Positions 10,487-20,679 of a stretch of DNA of 64,000 bases are shown in pieces. A program made the translations under genes and the position numbers. Under the pieces are notes generated by a model. That model did no database searches and had not been told where the DNA came from. It saw only the letters and a list, made by a program, of their open reading frames with translations. Position 1 is the stretch's first letter. Every line of letters begins with the position of its first letter. The DNA is taken from the NCBI GenBank assembly GCA_018394315.1, contig CP074575.1, positions 1,706,615 through 1,770,614 on the forward strand. Direction: 5' to 3'. The stretch is from Mycoplasmatota bacterium (GTDB lineage Bacteria; Bacillota_I; Bacilli_A; MAG-NZ).

Positions 10487-10873
10487 TTACTTATTTGACC
10501 ATAAACCATGAATGTTACAATATTCTCTAGCAACCACATCTTTACCCTTTTCAACCCTAAAATGATATTTAGGTTTGTCAGTAGGAGTAAGCTCTACTCG
10601 TTCAATTAATTTTCCATCAATTATTAACTCAATAAATTGAATATAATGTTCTTCAGTCATTGGATGTTCTACTTCTTTTCCAATACTAACAATGTAACCG
10701 TCAGATACTTCCTCTATGAACGGAACATGTTTTTCTCCTGATGCATCAGCTGTTTTAGGATCTAATAGTTCCATTTTCTCTCCACAACATACCACTGGAA
10801 CACCACTTGCTACAATAAATTCTACAATATTACCACATGTATTACACTTATAAAGTTCATTTTTCTTAGTCAT
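10487..10873 (-). CDS. dfx: Desulfoferrodoxin / superoxide reductase
   Basis: YKCNTCGN...CCG, EKHVP, HPMTEEHYI, EYCNIHGLW. Confidence 0.93.
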   Translation of the reverse strand: MTKKNELYKCNTCGNIVEFIVASGVPVVCCGEKMELLDPKTADASGEKHVPFIEEVSDGYIVSIGKEVEHPMTEEHYIQFIELIIDGKLIERVELTPTDKPKYHFRVEKGKDVVAREYCNIHGLWSNK

Positions 10874-10897
10874 GATAATCCTCCTATTCTATAGATT

Positions 10898-11434
10898 TTA
10901 AAAATTATCTGGGTGAATCATAAAGTATGATTTCTCATGAGCACACACAGGACATACTGCTAACGCATTTTTACCCTTATGGATATGACCACAGTTTTTA
11001 CACTCCCAAACTACTTCCTCATCTTTTGAAAACACTTTACCTTCTTGAACATTTTTAAGTAAAGTTAAATATCTCTCTTCATGTTCTTTTTCTATTTTAC
11101 CAACTGCATCAAATAAATATGCTATTTTGTCAAACCCTTCTTCTTTTGCATCCTTAGCAAACTGTTCATACATTTCAGTCCACTCGTAGTTTTCACCATT
11201 AGCTGCAGCTTCTAAATTTTCTTTTGTTGAACCAACACCATCATTTAATAATTTATACCAAATTTTAGCGTGTTCTTTTTCGTTATTAGCAGTAATTTCA
11301 AACCAATCTGCTATTTGTTGATATCCTTCTTTTCTTGCTTTAGAAGCGAAATAAGTATATTTATTTCTAGCTTGGGACTCCCCAGCAAATGCTTCTTGTA
11401 AATTCTTTTCAGTTTTTGTACCTTTCAAGTTCAT
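10898..11434 (-). CDS. rbr: Rubrerythrin
   Basis: [26 protein letters not shown]-terminal CxxC...CxxC rubredoxin domain. Confidence 0.93.
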   Translation of the reverse strand: MNLKGTKTEKNLQEAFAGESQARNKYTYFASKARKEGYQQIADWFEITANNEKEHAKIWYKLLNDGVGSTKENLEAAANGENYEWTEMYEQFAKDAKEEGFDKIAYLFDAVGKIEKEHEERYLTLLKNVQEGKVFSKDEEVVWECKNCGHIHKGKNALAVCPVCAHEKSYFMIHPDNF

Positions 11435-11453
11435 TCTTCATTCTCCCCTTTTA

Positions 11454-11864
11454 CTATTTTTTAATACATTTTGGACACTGTCCATTAATATATATATTTA
11501 CTTCTTCTATCTTAAACCCTGTTAAGTTGGAAGACTCAATATCGATTTCCTTTGCGTTAAAATCATAAACATCATCACAAGTCTTACATCTAAAATGAAA
11601 ATGATCATCTTGCATAATATCATATCTTAACTCACCCTCACCTAAATTAACAACTTTAACAAGATTATGATTCACAAATGTTTTTAAGGTGTTGTATACG
11701 GTGGTTTTGGATAAAGTTATTAGTTCACCATGTAACTCATTATAAATTTTATCTACAGTTGGATGTATTCTATTTTTGTCCAAACTTTCATAAATTTTTA
11801 TTCGTGAAATAGATGGATTGATACCATGTTTAATTAACTTTTTCTTTATTTCTATTAAATTCAA
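11454..11864 (-). CDS. perR: Fur-family regulator, PerR-like
   Basis: HPTVD, TVYNTL, HFHFRCKTC, CPKC. Heads the rbr-dfx operon. Confidence 0.8.
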   Translation of the reverse strand: MNLIEIKKKLIKHGINPSISRIKIYESLDKNRIHPTVDKIYNELHGELITLSKTTVYNTLKTFVNHNLVKVVNLGEGELRYDIMQDDHFHFRCKTCDDVYDFNAKEIDIESSNLTGFKIEEVNIYINGQCPKCIKK

Positions 11865-11878
11865 AGAATCACCTTCTT

Positions 11879-11910
11879 TTGTAATGATTATATAATTGTA
11901 TTCATTACAA
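11879..11910. promoter_or_regulatory. Inverted repeat upstream of perR-rbr-dfx (candidate operator)
   Basis: TTGTAATGA-N14-TCATTACAA lies immediately upstream of the RBS. Confidence 0.45.
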
Positions 11911-12029
11911 CATGATTTTACTATTGATTATAATCGTTGTCAACTATAATACTTATAAACCACAACATAAAATTAAGTGAGATTTAAAAAACACTATTTG
12001 AACTAATAGTGTTTATATATTTTGACCAT

Positions 12030-12189
12030 TTATTTATCTATTAACTTAGGATTTTTTTCAAGATCTCTAACTAGTTTCTTTTCAGCTATTTTAACTAAAT
12101 TCCTAGTTGTAACATAAAATTTAATTTTATTAATCTATTACAAATTCTTTAGCTACTTCAAATTGATTTTGATTATTCTTTGTATCCAT
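12030..12189 (-). pseudogene. Degenerate alpha/beta-type small acid-soluble spore protein-like remnant
   Basis: MDTKNNQNQFEVAKEF* followed in another frame by TTRNLVKIAEKKL, resembling the two SASP helices. Confidence 0.4.
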
Positions 12190-12236
12190 AATATCAGCTA
12201 CTTTTTAATATTACATTTACTGAAAATATGTGTTAT

Positions 12237-12479
12237 TTATTTTCGTGGTTTTTTATTTGGCTTTCTAGTAATAAAATTTGGTTTTTCTTCATTATAATTA
12301 ACTCTTTTATCTTTATTACTCTTATCGCCATCTATATCAAATACATCTGACTCTGCTGAAAATTCTATATTTTCATTTCTTTCCTGAATTTCATTCCCCA
12401 TTTTCATTTGATAACCATTTGATATTGGAATTTCTGGTCTACCTTTTTTTTGGTCATGATAAGTTTTCTTTTTACTCAA
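12237..12479 (-). CDS. Small basic hypothetical protein (possibly spore-associated)
   Basis: GGAGG RBS, TTG start, NIEFSAES segment. Confidence 0.55.
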   Translation of the reverse strand: MSKKKTYHDQKKGRPEIPISNGYQMKMGNEIQERNENIEFSAESDVFDIDGDKSNKDKRVNYNEEKPNFITRKPNKKPRK

Positions 12480-12551
12480 AATTATACCTCCTTATTATAT
12501 TTTATGGAGATAGTTAAGAGTTATAAGTTTCTTTTAAAATTTTAATTAAAC

Positions 12552-12899
12552 TTAACAACAACTATTATCACTATCACTGCTACAATTGCATTCATCACCA
12601 CAACATGACTGATAATTTCCTGTTTCGATGGATTCTTGATATTCTCTTATTCGTTGTTTTCTTAAATCTTTTAATTCTTTTGTACTAGTTATGATATCCA
12701 TTCCATCCTTTGGATAAATTGTACATGCATAACTAATTTCGCCGTTGATTCTAACCACACAAGCATTACAACATCCATATTTCCTGTCATTTAGATAACA
12801 CGGCGCAGGAATTGCGATTTTGTGGTCCCTAGCGATTTCTACTAAATTCCTGTTTTCATTACTTATATCAATGATCTTTCCATCAATTTTAATTTTCAT
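12552..12899 (-). CDS. 2Fe-2S iron-sulfur cluster protein (hydrogenase/NuoG N-terminal-like)
   Basis: IPAPCY...GCCNACVV...ACT, Cys-rich tail. Confidence 0.8.
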   Translation of the reverse strand: MKIKIDGKIIDISNENRNLVEIARDHKIAIPAPCYLNDRKYGCCNACVVRINGEISYACTIYPKDGMDIITSTKELKDLRKQRIREYQESIETGNYQSCCGDECNCSSDSDNSCC

Positions 12900-12969
12900 T
12901 TTTCTCTCCTTTAAAAGATTAATTTATTCTCTAAATACATAGAATAATCCTTTATATATGAATATAACA

Positions 12970-13863
12970 CTAATAATTATTTAGTCTTTCAACAATTTCA
13001 TTTGCAGTAGCTACTAATAAATTGATTTTATCAAAAGTTTCATCTAAAACTTTTTCATCCATATTCTTTGGTTTACGAAACATCTTCTTACCTTCAAACG
13101 CAAAATGTATTTCATTATTTACAGTACTAAAAAAAATCTTTTTAGCCCTAAGTTTAGTCTTCATTTCCGAAACTAGTTTAATAAAACGCTCTTCCACATC
13201 TAAAACTTCGTCTTTTGCTACATAAATCCTTAATGGATTTTCTATTTCTAGTTTTTCAAATTTCATTCCCTTCAACTTAGGTTTAGAATGTGTTCTTATT
13301 TGAAGTAATCTACCAACCGAAAATTGAATGACAAAATAAATTCCAGAGAAAATAGTAATTTGATTCTTTCCATCTGATGTGTAAAGTCTCATATTGTAAC
13401 AAGTATATTTATTTAAAGAATTAGTTTTCCCAACCATCTTATCCTTAATATCCATACTTGCGAAACGAGTAAATAAACCACCTCTTTTGTTTATTTGATC
13501 TTCTTTCTTTGGATATGCTGTATATTCAAGATATGTATCACTATGTTTGTTCATATAATCAACAATTTCTTTCATAACTACATTATGAAAAGGTTTTTCA
13601 CTTCCTACAAATGAACTAATGAGTAAACCTACTAATAATATAACGCCCGCAATTCCACCATAAATAAAATAAAGAAATGTAGAAACTCCTCCCTTTAATG
13701 TTTCCGGGAATACAATAGCGATCAATACCATTATGATCATATAAAATAATAGTAATAACCCCCATATTCTTGAAGTCTTTTTAGTTCTTTTTTTTATCTG
13801 TTTATTATATTCATTGATGATCTCATCAACATTATCCTTAGATAAGTCTAATGAATACTTCAT
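12970..13863 (-). CDS. Hypothetical membrane protein with 2 N-terminal TM helices (DUF3137-like)
   Basis: Two hydrophobic helices followed by a soluble domain. Confidence 0.55.
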   Translation of the reverse strand: MKYSLDLSKDNVDEIINEYNKQIKKRTKKTSRIWGLLLLFYMIIMVLIAIVFPETLKGGVSTFLYFIYGGIAGVILLVGLLISSFVGSEKPFHNVVMKEIVDYMNKHSDTYLEYTAYPKKEDQINKRGGLFTRFASMDIKDKMVGKTNSLNKYTCYNMRLYTSDGKNQITIFSGIYFVIQFSVGRLLQIRTHSKPKLKGMKFEKLEIENPLRIYVAKDEVLDVEERFIKLVSEMKTKLRAKKIFFSTVNNEIHFAFEGKKMFRKPKNMDEKVLDETFDKINLLVATANEIVERLNNY

Positions 13864-13981
13864 ATCGTCCCCCTTATTTTTACTGTAATTATATTCTAAA
13901 GCGTAATCATGATATCAACAATACTGATGTTCTATAATACCATATATGCGTAGTGAACAAAGGCATTTCTTCAATATGATT

Positions 13982-15190
13982 TTAGTTTATGTTCTTTATA
14001 CTATTTGCTATTTTATTACCTAGCTTCTCACAACTAGAAATAGATTCTTTATCTGGTCTCCATAAAACTCTATATCCTTTTTCTAATAGATTAAATCCAG
14101 CCATTTCTAACATCTCAGATATAATTTTTACTGATTCACCACTCCATCCATAACTACCAAATGCTAAGCCTTTCTTGTTTTTAAATTTCAGTCCTTTAAT
14201 TTCATCTAAAAATGCATTAACAGATGAAAGAATTCCCGAATTAATAGTCGATGAACCCACTGCAATAGCCTTTGATTTAAACACTTCGGTTATAATATCT
14301 GTTCTATCTGATACAGAAGTATTTAATAGTTTAACTGTAACTTCATTATCTATATCCTTTATCCCTTTCGCAATTGCTTCTGCCATAAATTTCGTACTAT
14401 TATACATAGTATCATATATAATTGATATTTGATTTTCTTGATAATCCTTAGACCATTCTACATATTTATGTACTATATCAAATGGGTTATCTCTCCATAT
14501 AACTCCGTGACTAGTACAAATCATTTCAATTGGAATCTCTAATTTTAATATTTCATCAACTTTTTTTTGCACTAACTTATTTGAAGGATTTATTATATTA
14601 GCATAATACTTAATTGCTTCTTGAAATAATTCAAACTGATCCACTTGATCATTGTATAAATGTTCTGAGCAATAATGTTGTCCAAACGCATCATTACTAA
14701 ACAAAATATTGTCATTAGTTAAATAACAAAACATACTATCAGGCCAATGAAGCATTCTAGCCTCTATAAATAACAACTCTCTTACTCCAATATTTAGTCT
14801 ATCTCCAGTTTTCACAGGTACAAAGTTCCATTCTTCTTTGTAGTATCCTTTTATAGACTTAAGCGCATTCTCTGAACAATATATTGGGGTATTTGGTATT
14901 TCCTTCATTAATTCAGGTAATGCTCCACTATGGTCAGGTTCAGCATGATTAATAATAATATAGTCTATTTGTTCCAAATCAATATGTTTTTTCAAATTGG
15001 TAATAAACTCTTTTGCATATGGAGTCCACACTGTATCAATCAAAACAGTTTTCTCATCCTTAATTAGGTATGAATTATATGTTGTACCTTTATGAGTTGA
15101 ATACTCCTTACCATGAAAATTTCTTATCTCCCAGTCTGTTTTACCAACCCAATAAATATTATTGATTATTTCAAAACTCATTATATTCAC
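13982..15190 (-). CDS. fprA: Flavodiiron protein (FprA / flavorubredoxin family)
   Basis: GTTYNSYLI, NHAEPDHSG, LHWPDSM, DAFGQH, flavodoxin domain FGSYGWSGE. Confidence 0.92.
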   Translation of the reverse strand: MNIMSFEIINNIYWVGKTDWEIRNFHGKEYSTHKGTTYNSYLIKDEKTVLIDTVWTPYAKEFITNLKKHIDLEQIDYIIINHAEPDHSGALPELMKEIPNTPIYCSENALKSIKGYYKEEWNFVPVKTGDRLNIGVRELLFIEARMLHWPDSMFCYLTNDNILFSNDAFGQHYCSEHLYNDQVDQFELFQEAIKYYANIINPSNKLVQKKVDEILKLEIPIEMICTSHGVIWRDNPFDIVHKYVEWSKDYQENQISIIYDTMYNSTKFMAEAIAKGIKDIDNEVTVKLLNTSVSDRTDIITEVFKSKAIAVGSSTINSGILSSVNAFLDEIKGLKFKNKKGLAFGSYGWSGESVKIISEMLEMAGFNLLEKGYRVLWRPDKESISSCEKLGNKIANSIKNIN

Positions 15191-15305
15191 TCCTTAAAGA
15201 AATAGAATAATAAAAAAATACTATTATATTATGTCTATTATTTTAATCTAGTATCCTGATAATTATTTATATTTCTACTATTAATTGTTTTAAAAAAACT
15301 AGATT

Positions 15306-18300
15306 TTATCTAGTTTTTTTAAATCTTACTCCTAATCCGATAAATCCTATCATTGAAGTTACACCGATGATTTTAAATAAGGCTGCACCCTTATTTTCTT
15401 CCAATCCTGGGCTTACTACTTGTGAAAATTTCTGATTTACTACTTCATCATTTAGGTATTTAGATTCGCTTTCATCTATTACCTTAACAATTCTCGTAAT
15501 ACTAGATTGATTACCGTACGAATCGGTTACAATATACTTTAATTCATATGAACCTATAGTATTTGTATCTAAATTACCTTCTACTACTATTTCAGTCGGA
15601 GATTTATCTATTACTTTGAGACCTTCATCAAGATATAAAGAGCCTTTTTCTATACTCTCTACACCATTACTGTTAAGTATAAGAACTGGTGGTGTTATAT
15701 CAGGTACTACATGAATAATTCTTTTAAATATCCCAACATTTAAGCTTGAATCCTGTACTGTATAAGTTACTACCCTTGATGCGATTATAGATGTATCTAC
15801 TATCCCATCTACTATAACATCATCAACTGTTAATGCATCATAATTATCAGTAATCATAAAACCAGGATCTTTGTATTCAGTAGATACTTCTACATAAACG
15901 ACATCACCATTGATAAAATCAATCACTGGTGGAGTAGTATCAACAACATCTACTCTTCTTTGTGCTGATTCTGAAGCTAGTGCTCCTTTTGCTGTATATG
16001 TTATCAAATAAGTTCCAAGAGTATTTATATCAAGTAAATCTACTCCATTAATAACAATTGAATCAGTGATATCAGTTAATCCATTAAAATCTACTGCTGT
16101 AGCACCTTGTTCAATATATTCACTTCCATACTCTATAAATACTTGTTGATCACCTATTAAAGTTACCGTGGGTTTTGTCGCTTCTTCGGTTTCAATACTT
16201 AGACTACTATATGGGCTTATTTTTCTAGCATAAGAAGCTATTAAGCTTACATCTTCGTCTAACATAACAAAGTCACTTAAGTCAGTTTTATATTTTATTA
16301 CTCCATCATTCCATCCTGTAAAACTAAAACCACTTCTTGATGGTATTGGCACATTAATCGGTATACTATTATACTCAGTCAATCTTGTGTTAATTATAAT
16401 TTCATTATAGTCTAGATATGTTAATGTATGTTCATTTATCGTATATTCAGCTGTTAATTCTATATTATTTGCAGGCATTGTTAATGGTATTTCTTGGCCC
16501 CATCCTGTAAATGTATATCCTTCTCTAGTAGGATTACTGATACTTGTTAACGACTGGTTATAATCTATTGTTTCACTATAAATAATGGTATCATCATAGT
16601 CTTTATAACTTACTGTATATTGATTAATGTTATATTCAGCTGTTAATTCTATATTACTTGCTGGCATTGTTAATGGTATTTCTTGATTCCATCCTGTAAA
16701 TGTATAACCTTCTCTAGTAGGATTACTGATACTTGTTAACGACTGGTTATAATCTGTTGTTTCACTATAAATAATGGTATCATCATAGTCTTTATAACTT
16801 ACTGTATATTGATTAATGTTATATTCAGCTGTTAATTCTATATTATTTGCAGGCATTGTTAATGCTATTTCTTGATTCCATCCTGTAAATGTATAACCTT
16901 CTCTAGTAGGATTACTGATACTTGTTAACGACTGGTTATAATCCGTTGTTTCACTATAAATAATGGTATCATCATAGTCTTTATAACTTACTGTATATTG
17001 ATTAATGTTATATTCAGCTGTTAATTCTATATTACTTGCTGGCATTGTTAATGGTATTTCTTGTCCCCATCCTGTAAATGTATATCCTTCTCTAGTAGGA
17101 TTACTGGTACTTGTTAACGACTGGTTATAATCTATTGTTTCACTATAAATAATGGTATCATCATAGTCTTTATAACTTACTGTATATTGATTAATGTTAT
17201 ATTCAGCTGTTAATTCTATATTACTTGCAGGCATTGTTAATGGTATTTCTTGTCCCCATCCTGTAAATGTATATCCTTCTCTAGTAGGATTACTGATACT
17301 TGTTAACGACTGGTTATAATCTATTGTTTCACTATAAATAATGGTATCATCATAGTCTTTATAACTTACTGTATATTGATTAATGTTATATTCAGCTGTT
17401 AATTCTATATTACTTGCAGGCATTGTTAATGGTATTTCTTGTCCCCATCCTGTAAATGTATATCCTTCTCTAGTAGGATTACTGATACTTGTTAACGACT
17501 GGTTATAATCTATTGTTTCACTATAAATAATGGTATCATCATAGTCTTTATAACTTACTGTATATTGATTAATGTTATATTCAGCTGTTAATTCTATATT
17601 ACTTGCAGGCATTGTTAATGGTATTTCTTGTCCCCATCCTGTAAATGTATATCCTTCTCTAGTAGGATTACTGATACTTGTTAACGACTGGTTATAATCT
17701 GTTGTTTCACTATAAATAATGGTATCGTCATAGTCTTTATAAGTTATTGTATATTGATTAGTACTATAATCTGACTGATTCTTGAATGGTACTTGGTTAT
17801 TAAATTGATTAAGGAATATAGATAACTCGAAATTAACTGATTTATCCATAGTATTATTCATTGCACCTGGTAAGACTGATATTGTAATGAACATCCATTC
17901 TTCAGTATTTATGTCTAATGTCTGATTTGCGCTATCTGGAGTCAAAAAACTACTTCCTGATTGGCTCAATAATTTTGATTCGGCAACATTTCCAATCTCA
18001 ATGTCTATTCGGACATGCTCGTCTAGCTCATTTGTTGTTGAATTTTCAATTATTACATCAGTTAGAGTAGCGGGGATACTCCCAGTATTCTTTATAAGAA
18101 GTTTTGTCTTATAAATTGCTCCTGGAAATAGATTTCCAAGCTCTATTTCAACGGTATCATTATCTGTTATACGGTTATTGCTATCTCTCCAATTACTTAA
18201 AACTGATTTAGGTAAAACAGTTTCTAAGTCAGTAATAAATTTAGCATTGAATTCTCCGGTAGATGATGTAGTGTTAATATTAATAGAATCAGTCCAAGAC

Positions 18301-18389
18301 GAATAACTAATCCCTAGTGTAAATAACGAGAATAACATAATCCATAGTATAAAAGAAGACTTTTTTATCTTAAAGCCTATGCATTTCAT
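15306..18389 (-). CDS. Large surface protein: TasA/CalY-like N-terminus, InlB B-type repeats, DUF5011-like Ig domains, C-terminal TM anchor
   Basis: Signal peptide ...GISYSSWTD, repeated PTREGYTFTGW, DTTPPVI/ITPPVL Ig units, hydrophobic C-terminus with basic tail. Start placed at the ATG after GGAGG. Confidence 0.8.
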   Translation of the reverse strand: MKCIGFKIKKSSFILWIMLFSLFTLGISYSSWTDSININTTSSTGEFNAKFITDLETVLPKSVLSNWRDSNNRITDNDTVEIELGNLFPGAIYKTKLLIKNTGSIPATLTDVIIENSTTNELDEHVRIDIEIGNVAESKLLSQSGSSFLTPDSANQTLDINTEEWMFITISVLPGAMNNTMDKSVNFELSIFLNQFNNQVPFKNQSDYSTNQYTITYKDYDDTIIYSETTDYNQSLTSISNPTREGYTFTGWGQEIPLTMPASNIELTAEYNINQYTVSYKDYDDTIIYSETIDYNQSLTSISNPTREGYTFTGWGQEIPLTMPASNIELTAEYNINQYTVSYKDYDDTIIYSETIDYNQSLTSISNPTREGYTFTGWGQEIPLTMPASNIELTAEYNINQYTVSYKDYDDTIIYSETIDYNQSLTSTSNPTREGYTFTGWGQEIPLTMPASNIELTAEYNINQYTVSYKDYDDTIIYSETTDYNQSLTSISNPTREGYTFTGWNQEIALTMPANNIELTAEYNINQYTVSYKDYDDTIIYSETTDYNQSLTSISNPTREGYTFTGWNQEIPLTMPASNIELTAEYNINQYTVSYKDYDDTIIYSETIDYNQSLTSISNPTREGYTFTGWGQEIPLTMPANNIELTAEYTINEHTLTYLDYNEIIINTRLTEYNSIPINVPIPSRSGFSFTGWNDGVIKYKTDLSDFVMLDEDVSLIASYARKISPYSSLSIETEEATKPTVTLIGDQQVFIEYGSEYIEQGATAVDFNGLTDITDSIVINGVDLLDINTLGTYLITYTAKGALASESAQRRVDVVDTTPPVIDFINGDVVYVEVSTEYKDPGFMITDNYDALTVDDVIVDGIVDTSIIASRVVTYTVQDSSLNVGIFKRIIHVVPDITPPVLILNSNGVESIEKGSLYLDEGLKVIDKSPTEIVVEGNLDTNTIGSYELKYIVTDSYGNQSSITRIVKVIDESESKYLNDEVVNQKFSQVVSPGLEENKGAALFKIIGVTSMIGFIGLGVRFKKTR
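16437..17759 (-). repeat. 7 near-identical tandem 189-bp (63-aa) intragenic repeats, plus a degenerate eighth
   Basis: Period of 189 nt read directly. Unit NQYTVSYKDYDDTIIYSETIDYNQSLTSISNPTREGYTFTGWGQEIPLTMPASNIELTAEYNI. Confidence 0.93.
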
Positions 18390-18599
18390 AACGATCCTCC
18401 TTCGGAACAAGTTCAATTACCAGGTTAATACAATTTAATAATTATAAATATCGTTTAATTACCATCAATAGAGTACAATAAGAAAATTACAAAAAATGTC
18501 ATACTTTTGATTTTTTGTGTTTTGCATATAAACATATATAAATATACATAGTCATAAAGTACACTGATTTTCGTTGAACAATCCAACTAACTAAATATA

Positions 18600-18627
18600 A
18601 AAACGGTACAAAATAAAGTACCGTTTC
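18600..18627 (-). terminator. Intrinsic terminator-like hairpin after the beta-propeller gene
   Basis: AAACGGTAC-N-GTACCGTTT with A/T tail. Confidence 0.6.
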
Positions 18628-18645
18628 TAATAGTTATCTTAAATT

Positions 18646-20505
18646 TTATCTTTGTAAAATCTGCTTAACTTCACTTGGGTGATCCAAGTCAACTACAATA
18701 ATACTTAAAGGTGATAATGTTATTATATGGTTATCAATATAAATTCCCCTATCAACTGCATTTACACCATTTTCAGCTGTATGATCTACTTGTGTTAATA
18801 ATGAAATGATATTTTCGCTATCTGGATCAATCATATATAAATTATAATATGATTTAGTATAAGATGACCATTTTTCTTCTTCGTTTACAACAGTTAATTC
18901 CCTACCATCGAGCTCAATTGGGAATCCAAATAGATGTTTCTCAGAAGATATCAACATCGCCTTATGGTTATGTAATGCTTCACTAAAGTTCCATTGCTTA
19001 GTAACAAATCCATTAGATGCAACACTCTCTATGTTACTGAAATATTCCGTAACAAACGGTTTCGTAGTTGACCCAGTAACGTCATAGACGGATATTTTCA
19101 TTCCTTTTATTCTACCACTTTCATCGGCAGAATACCCAATTCCTACAGTGTGCTTTTCATCCCAAACATGCATGTATGTACTAAATCCAGTTTCAACAAT
19201 CTCAGCAGTAATCATAGGACTCATTGGATCACTTAAGTCAATAGCATATAGTGGATCTGTTCGTAAGAATGTCACTACATATGCCATATCATTTTCAAAC
19301 CTTGCTGATTTTATTCGTTCTCCTGGTTTACCAAGACCAGCAATTTCACCGATAAGTTCCATTTCCTTGGTCTCAGAATTAGTCTTAAATATAGCAACTT
19401 GATTTACAATTTCTGAGTTACCTATAGATACAATACCTCCAATACCCTCAAAATCTTCTACATTCTCAACTCTAAGATTATCAGTAGTTGCAATTCTAAA
19501 TTGTCCATTGTATTCATCCATACTAAACTGATTCAAGACATAGCCTCCAACTCTACCAACAGCAGAATAATTCAATTCAGAATTCTCGGAATCTACATCA
19601 AATTTCATAATTCTAGTTTCGTAATGTATTAATGCTTTGTTTTTCTCAATTTCCTCTCTTACACGCGAACCCTTGGTCGCATATAAAGCATCCTTACTCA
19701 TATAAATTTGATTAATTCTACCTAGAAATGTTTCTTTATTTAGTTTATAAGACTTAAGATTCAAGCCGGCAAAAATTGAAACATTATGTGCTTCTTCATC
19801 CTCGATAAACCCTTTAATTTCCTCATAACTAGTATAAACAGACTCTTTATCTTGACCAATAGTAATCTCCATTTTCGGTCTCATATCTCTATCATTGTTA
19901 TTAATAGGTTGGTTTACTACAAAGAATAATGAGTCATCAATAAGACGATGTTCTTCTAGAGAACCATCAACTTCCAATTTATACTCGATTTCAAAGTTTT
20001 CTAAGGTCAATACTATAATCTCGGCATTATGGTGCTTCCAATCAGTTCCTATCAATATTAATTTATTATTTGTAAGATACATGTCGTTTGTATTAAAATC
20101 ATCGAATTCTAATTCTTTGTATAATTCAACTTTTATAGTGTCTGATACTGAATATACTTTTAGGGTATCATCTGTTTTAGGTGTATAGAAAATATACTCT
20201 CCATTTGTTTTTACAATATTTGATTCTGATACTCCTACTACCTGCTCATTGGTATCAATAATATCTGAGGCAACTTCAACTGTTTTTTCAACTTCAACCT
20301 CTACTTCTTTAATAACTTCAATTCCAAACCACTTTTTATCAGGCATATAGATTCTAGATTTGAACTCACTTTTACTTTCAACTTGAAATAGCCCTGTTGA
20401 ATCCGCTTCTATATTTGGTTCCTGGCAGCCAGATAAAATGAGTACTACTAAAAACAACACCAAAATTAGTAATTTATTCATAATCACTTCCACTACTCCT
20501 TTCAT
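18646..20505 (-). CDS. Secreted beta-propeller domain lipoprotein
   Basis: Lipobox LSGC, TNEQVVGVSESNIVKTNG, LNQFSMDEY, GERIKSARF, VVTFLRTDPL. Confidence 0.82.
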   Translation of the reverse strand: MKGVVEVIMNKLLILVLFLVVLILSGCQEPNIEADSTGLFQVESKSEFKSRIYMPDKKWFGIEVIKEVEVEVEKTVEVASDIIDTNEQVVGVSESNIVKTNGEYIFYTPKTDDTLKVYSVSDTIKVELYKELEFDDFNTNDMYLTNNKLILIGTDWKHHNAEIIVLTLENFEIEYKLEVDGSLEEHRLIDDSLFFVVNQPINNNDRDMRPKMEITIGQDKESVYTSYEEIKGFIEDEEAHNVSIFAGLNLKSYKLNKETFLGRINQIYMSKDALYATKGSRVREEIEKNKALIHYETRIMKFDVDSENSELNYSAVGRVGGYVLNQFSMDEYNGQFRIATTDNLRVENVEDFEGIGGIVSIGNSEIVNQVAIFKTNSETKEMELIGEIAGLGKPGERIKSARFENDMAYVVTFLRTDPLYAIDLSDPMSPMITAEIVETGFSTYMHVWDEKHTVGIGYSADESGRIKGMKISVYDVTGSTTKPFVTEYFSNIESVASNGFVTKQWNFSEALHNHKAMLISSEKHLFGFPIELDGRELTVVNEEEKWSSYTKSYYNLYMIDPDSENIISLLTQVDHTAENGVNAVDRGIYIDNHIITLSPLSIIVVDLDHPSEVKQILQR

Positions 20506-20679
20506 ATTATTATTACATACATGTAAATGAAATTAATAGTGCATAGATGTCAATTTAAAAACTTTTCGCCGACATATTAGGACTAGATTGGACTTATCAA
20601 TGTCTCATCTAGAAAAAAAGGGCTTATTTAAGCCATTTTTGAAAGAATATAAATCACCTTGAATCAACTCAATGTAAAT

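Noticed and set aside
16437..17759. Tandem repeats as a CRISPR array
   Set aside because: Units are 189 bp, contiguous, in frame within a protein and have no unique spacers. No cas genes seen.
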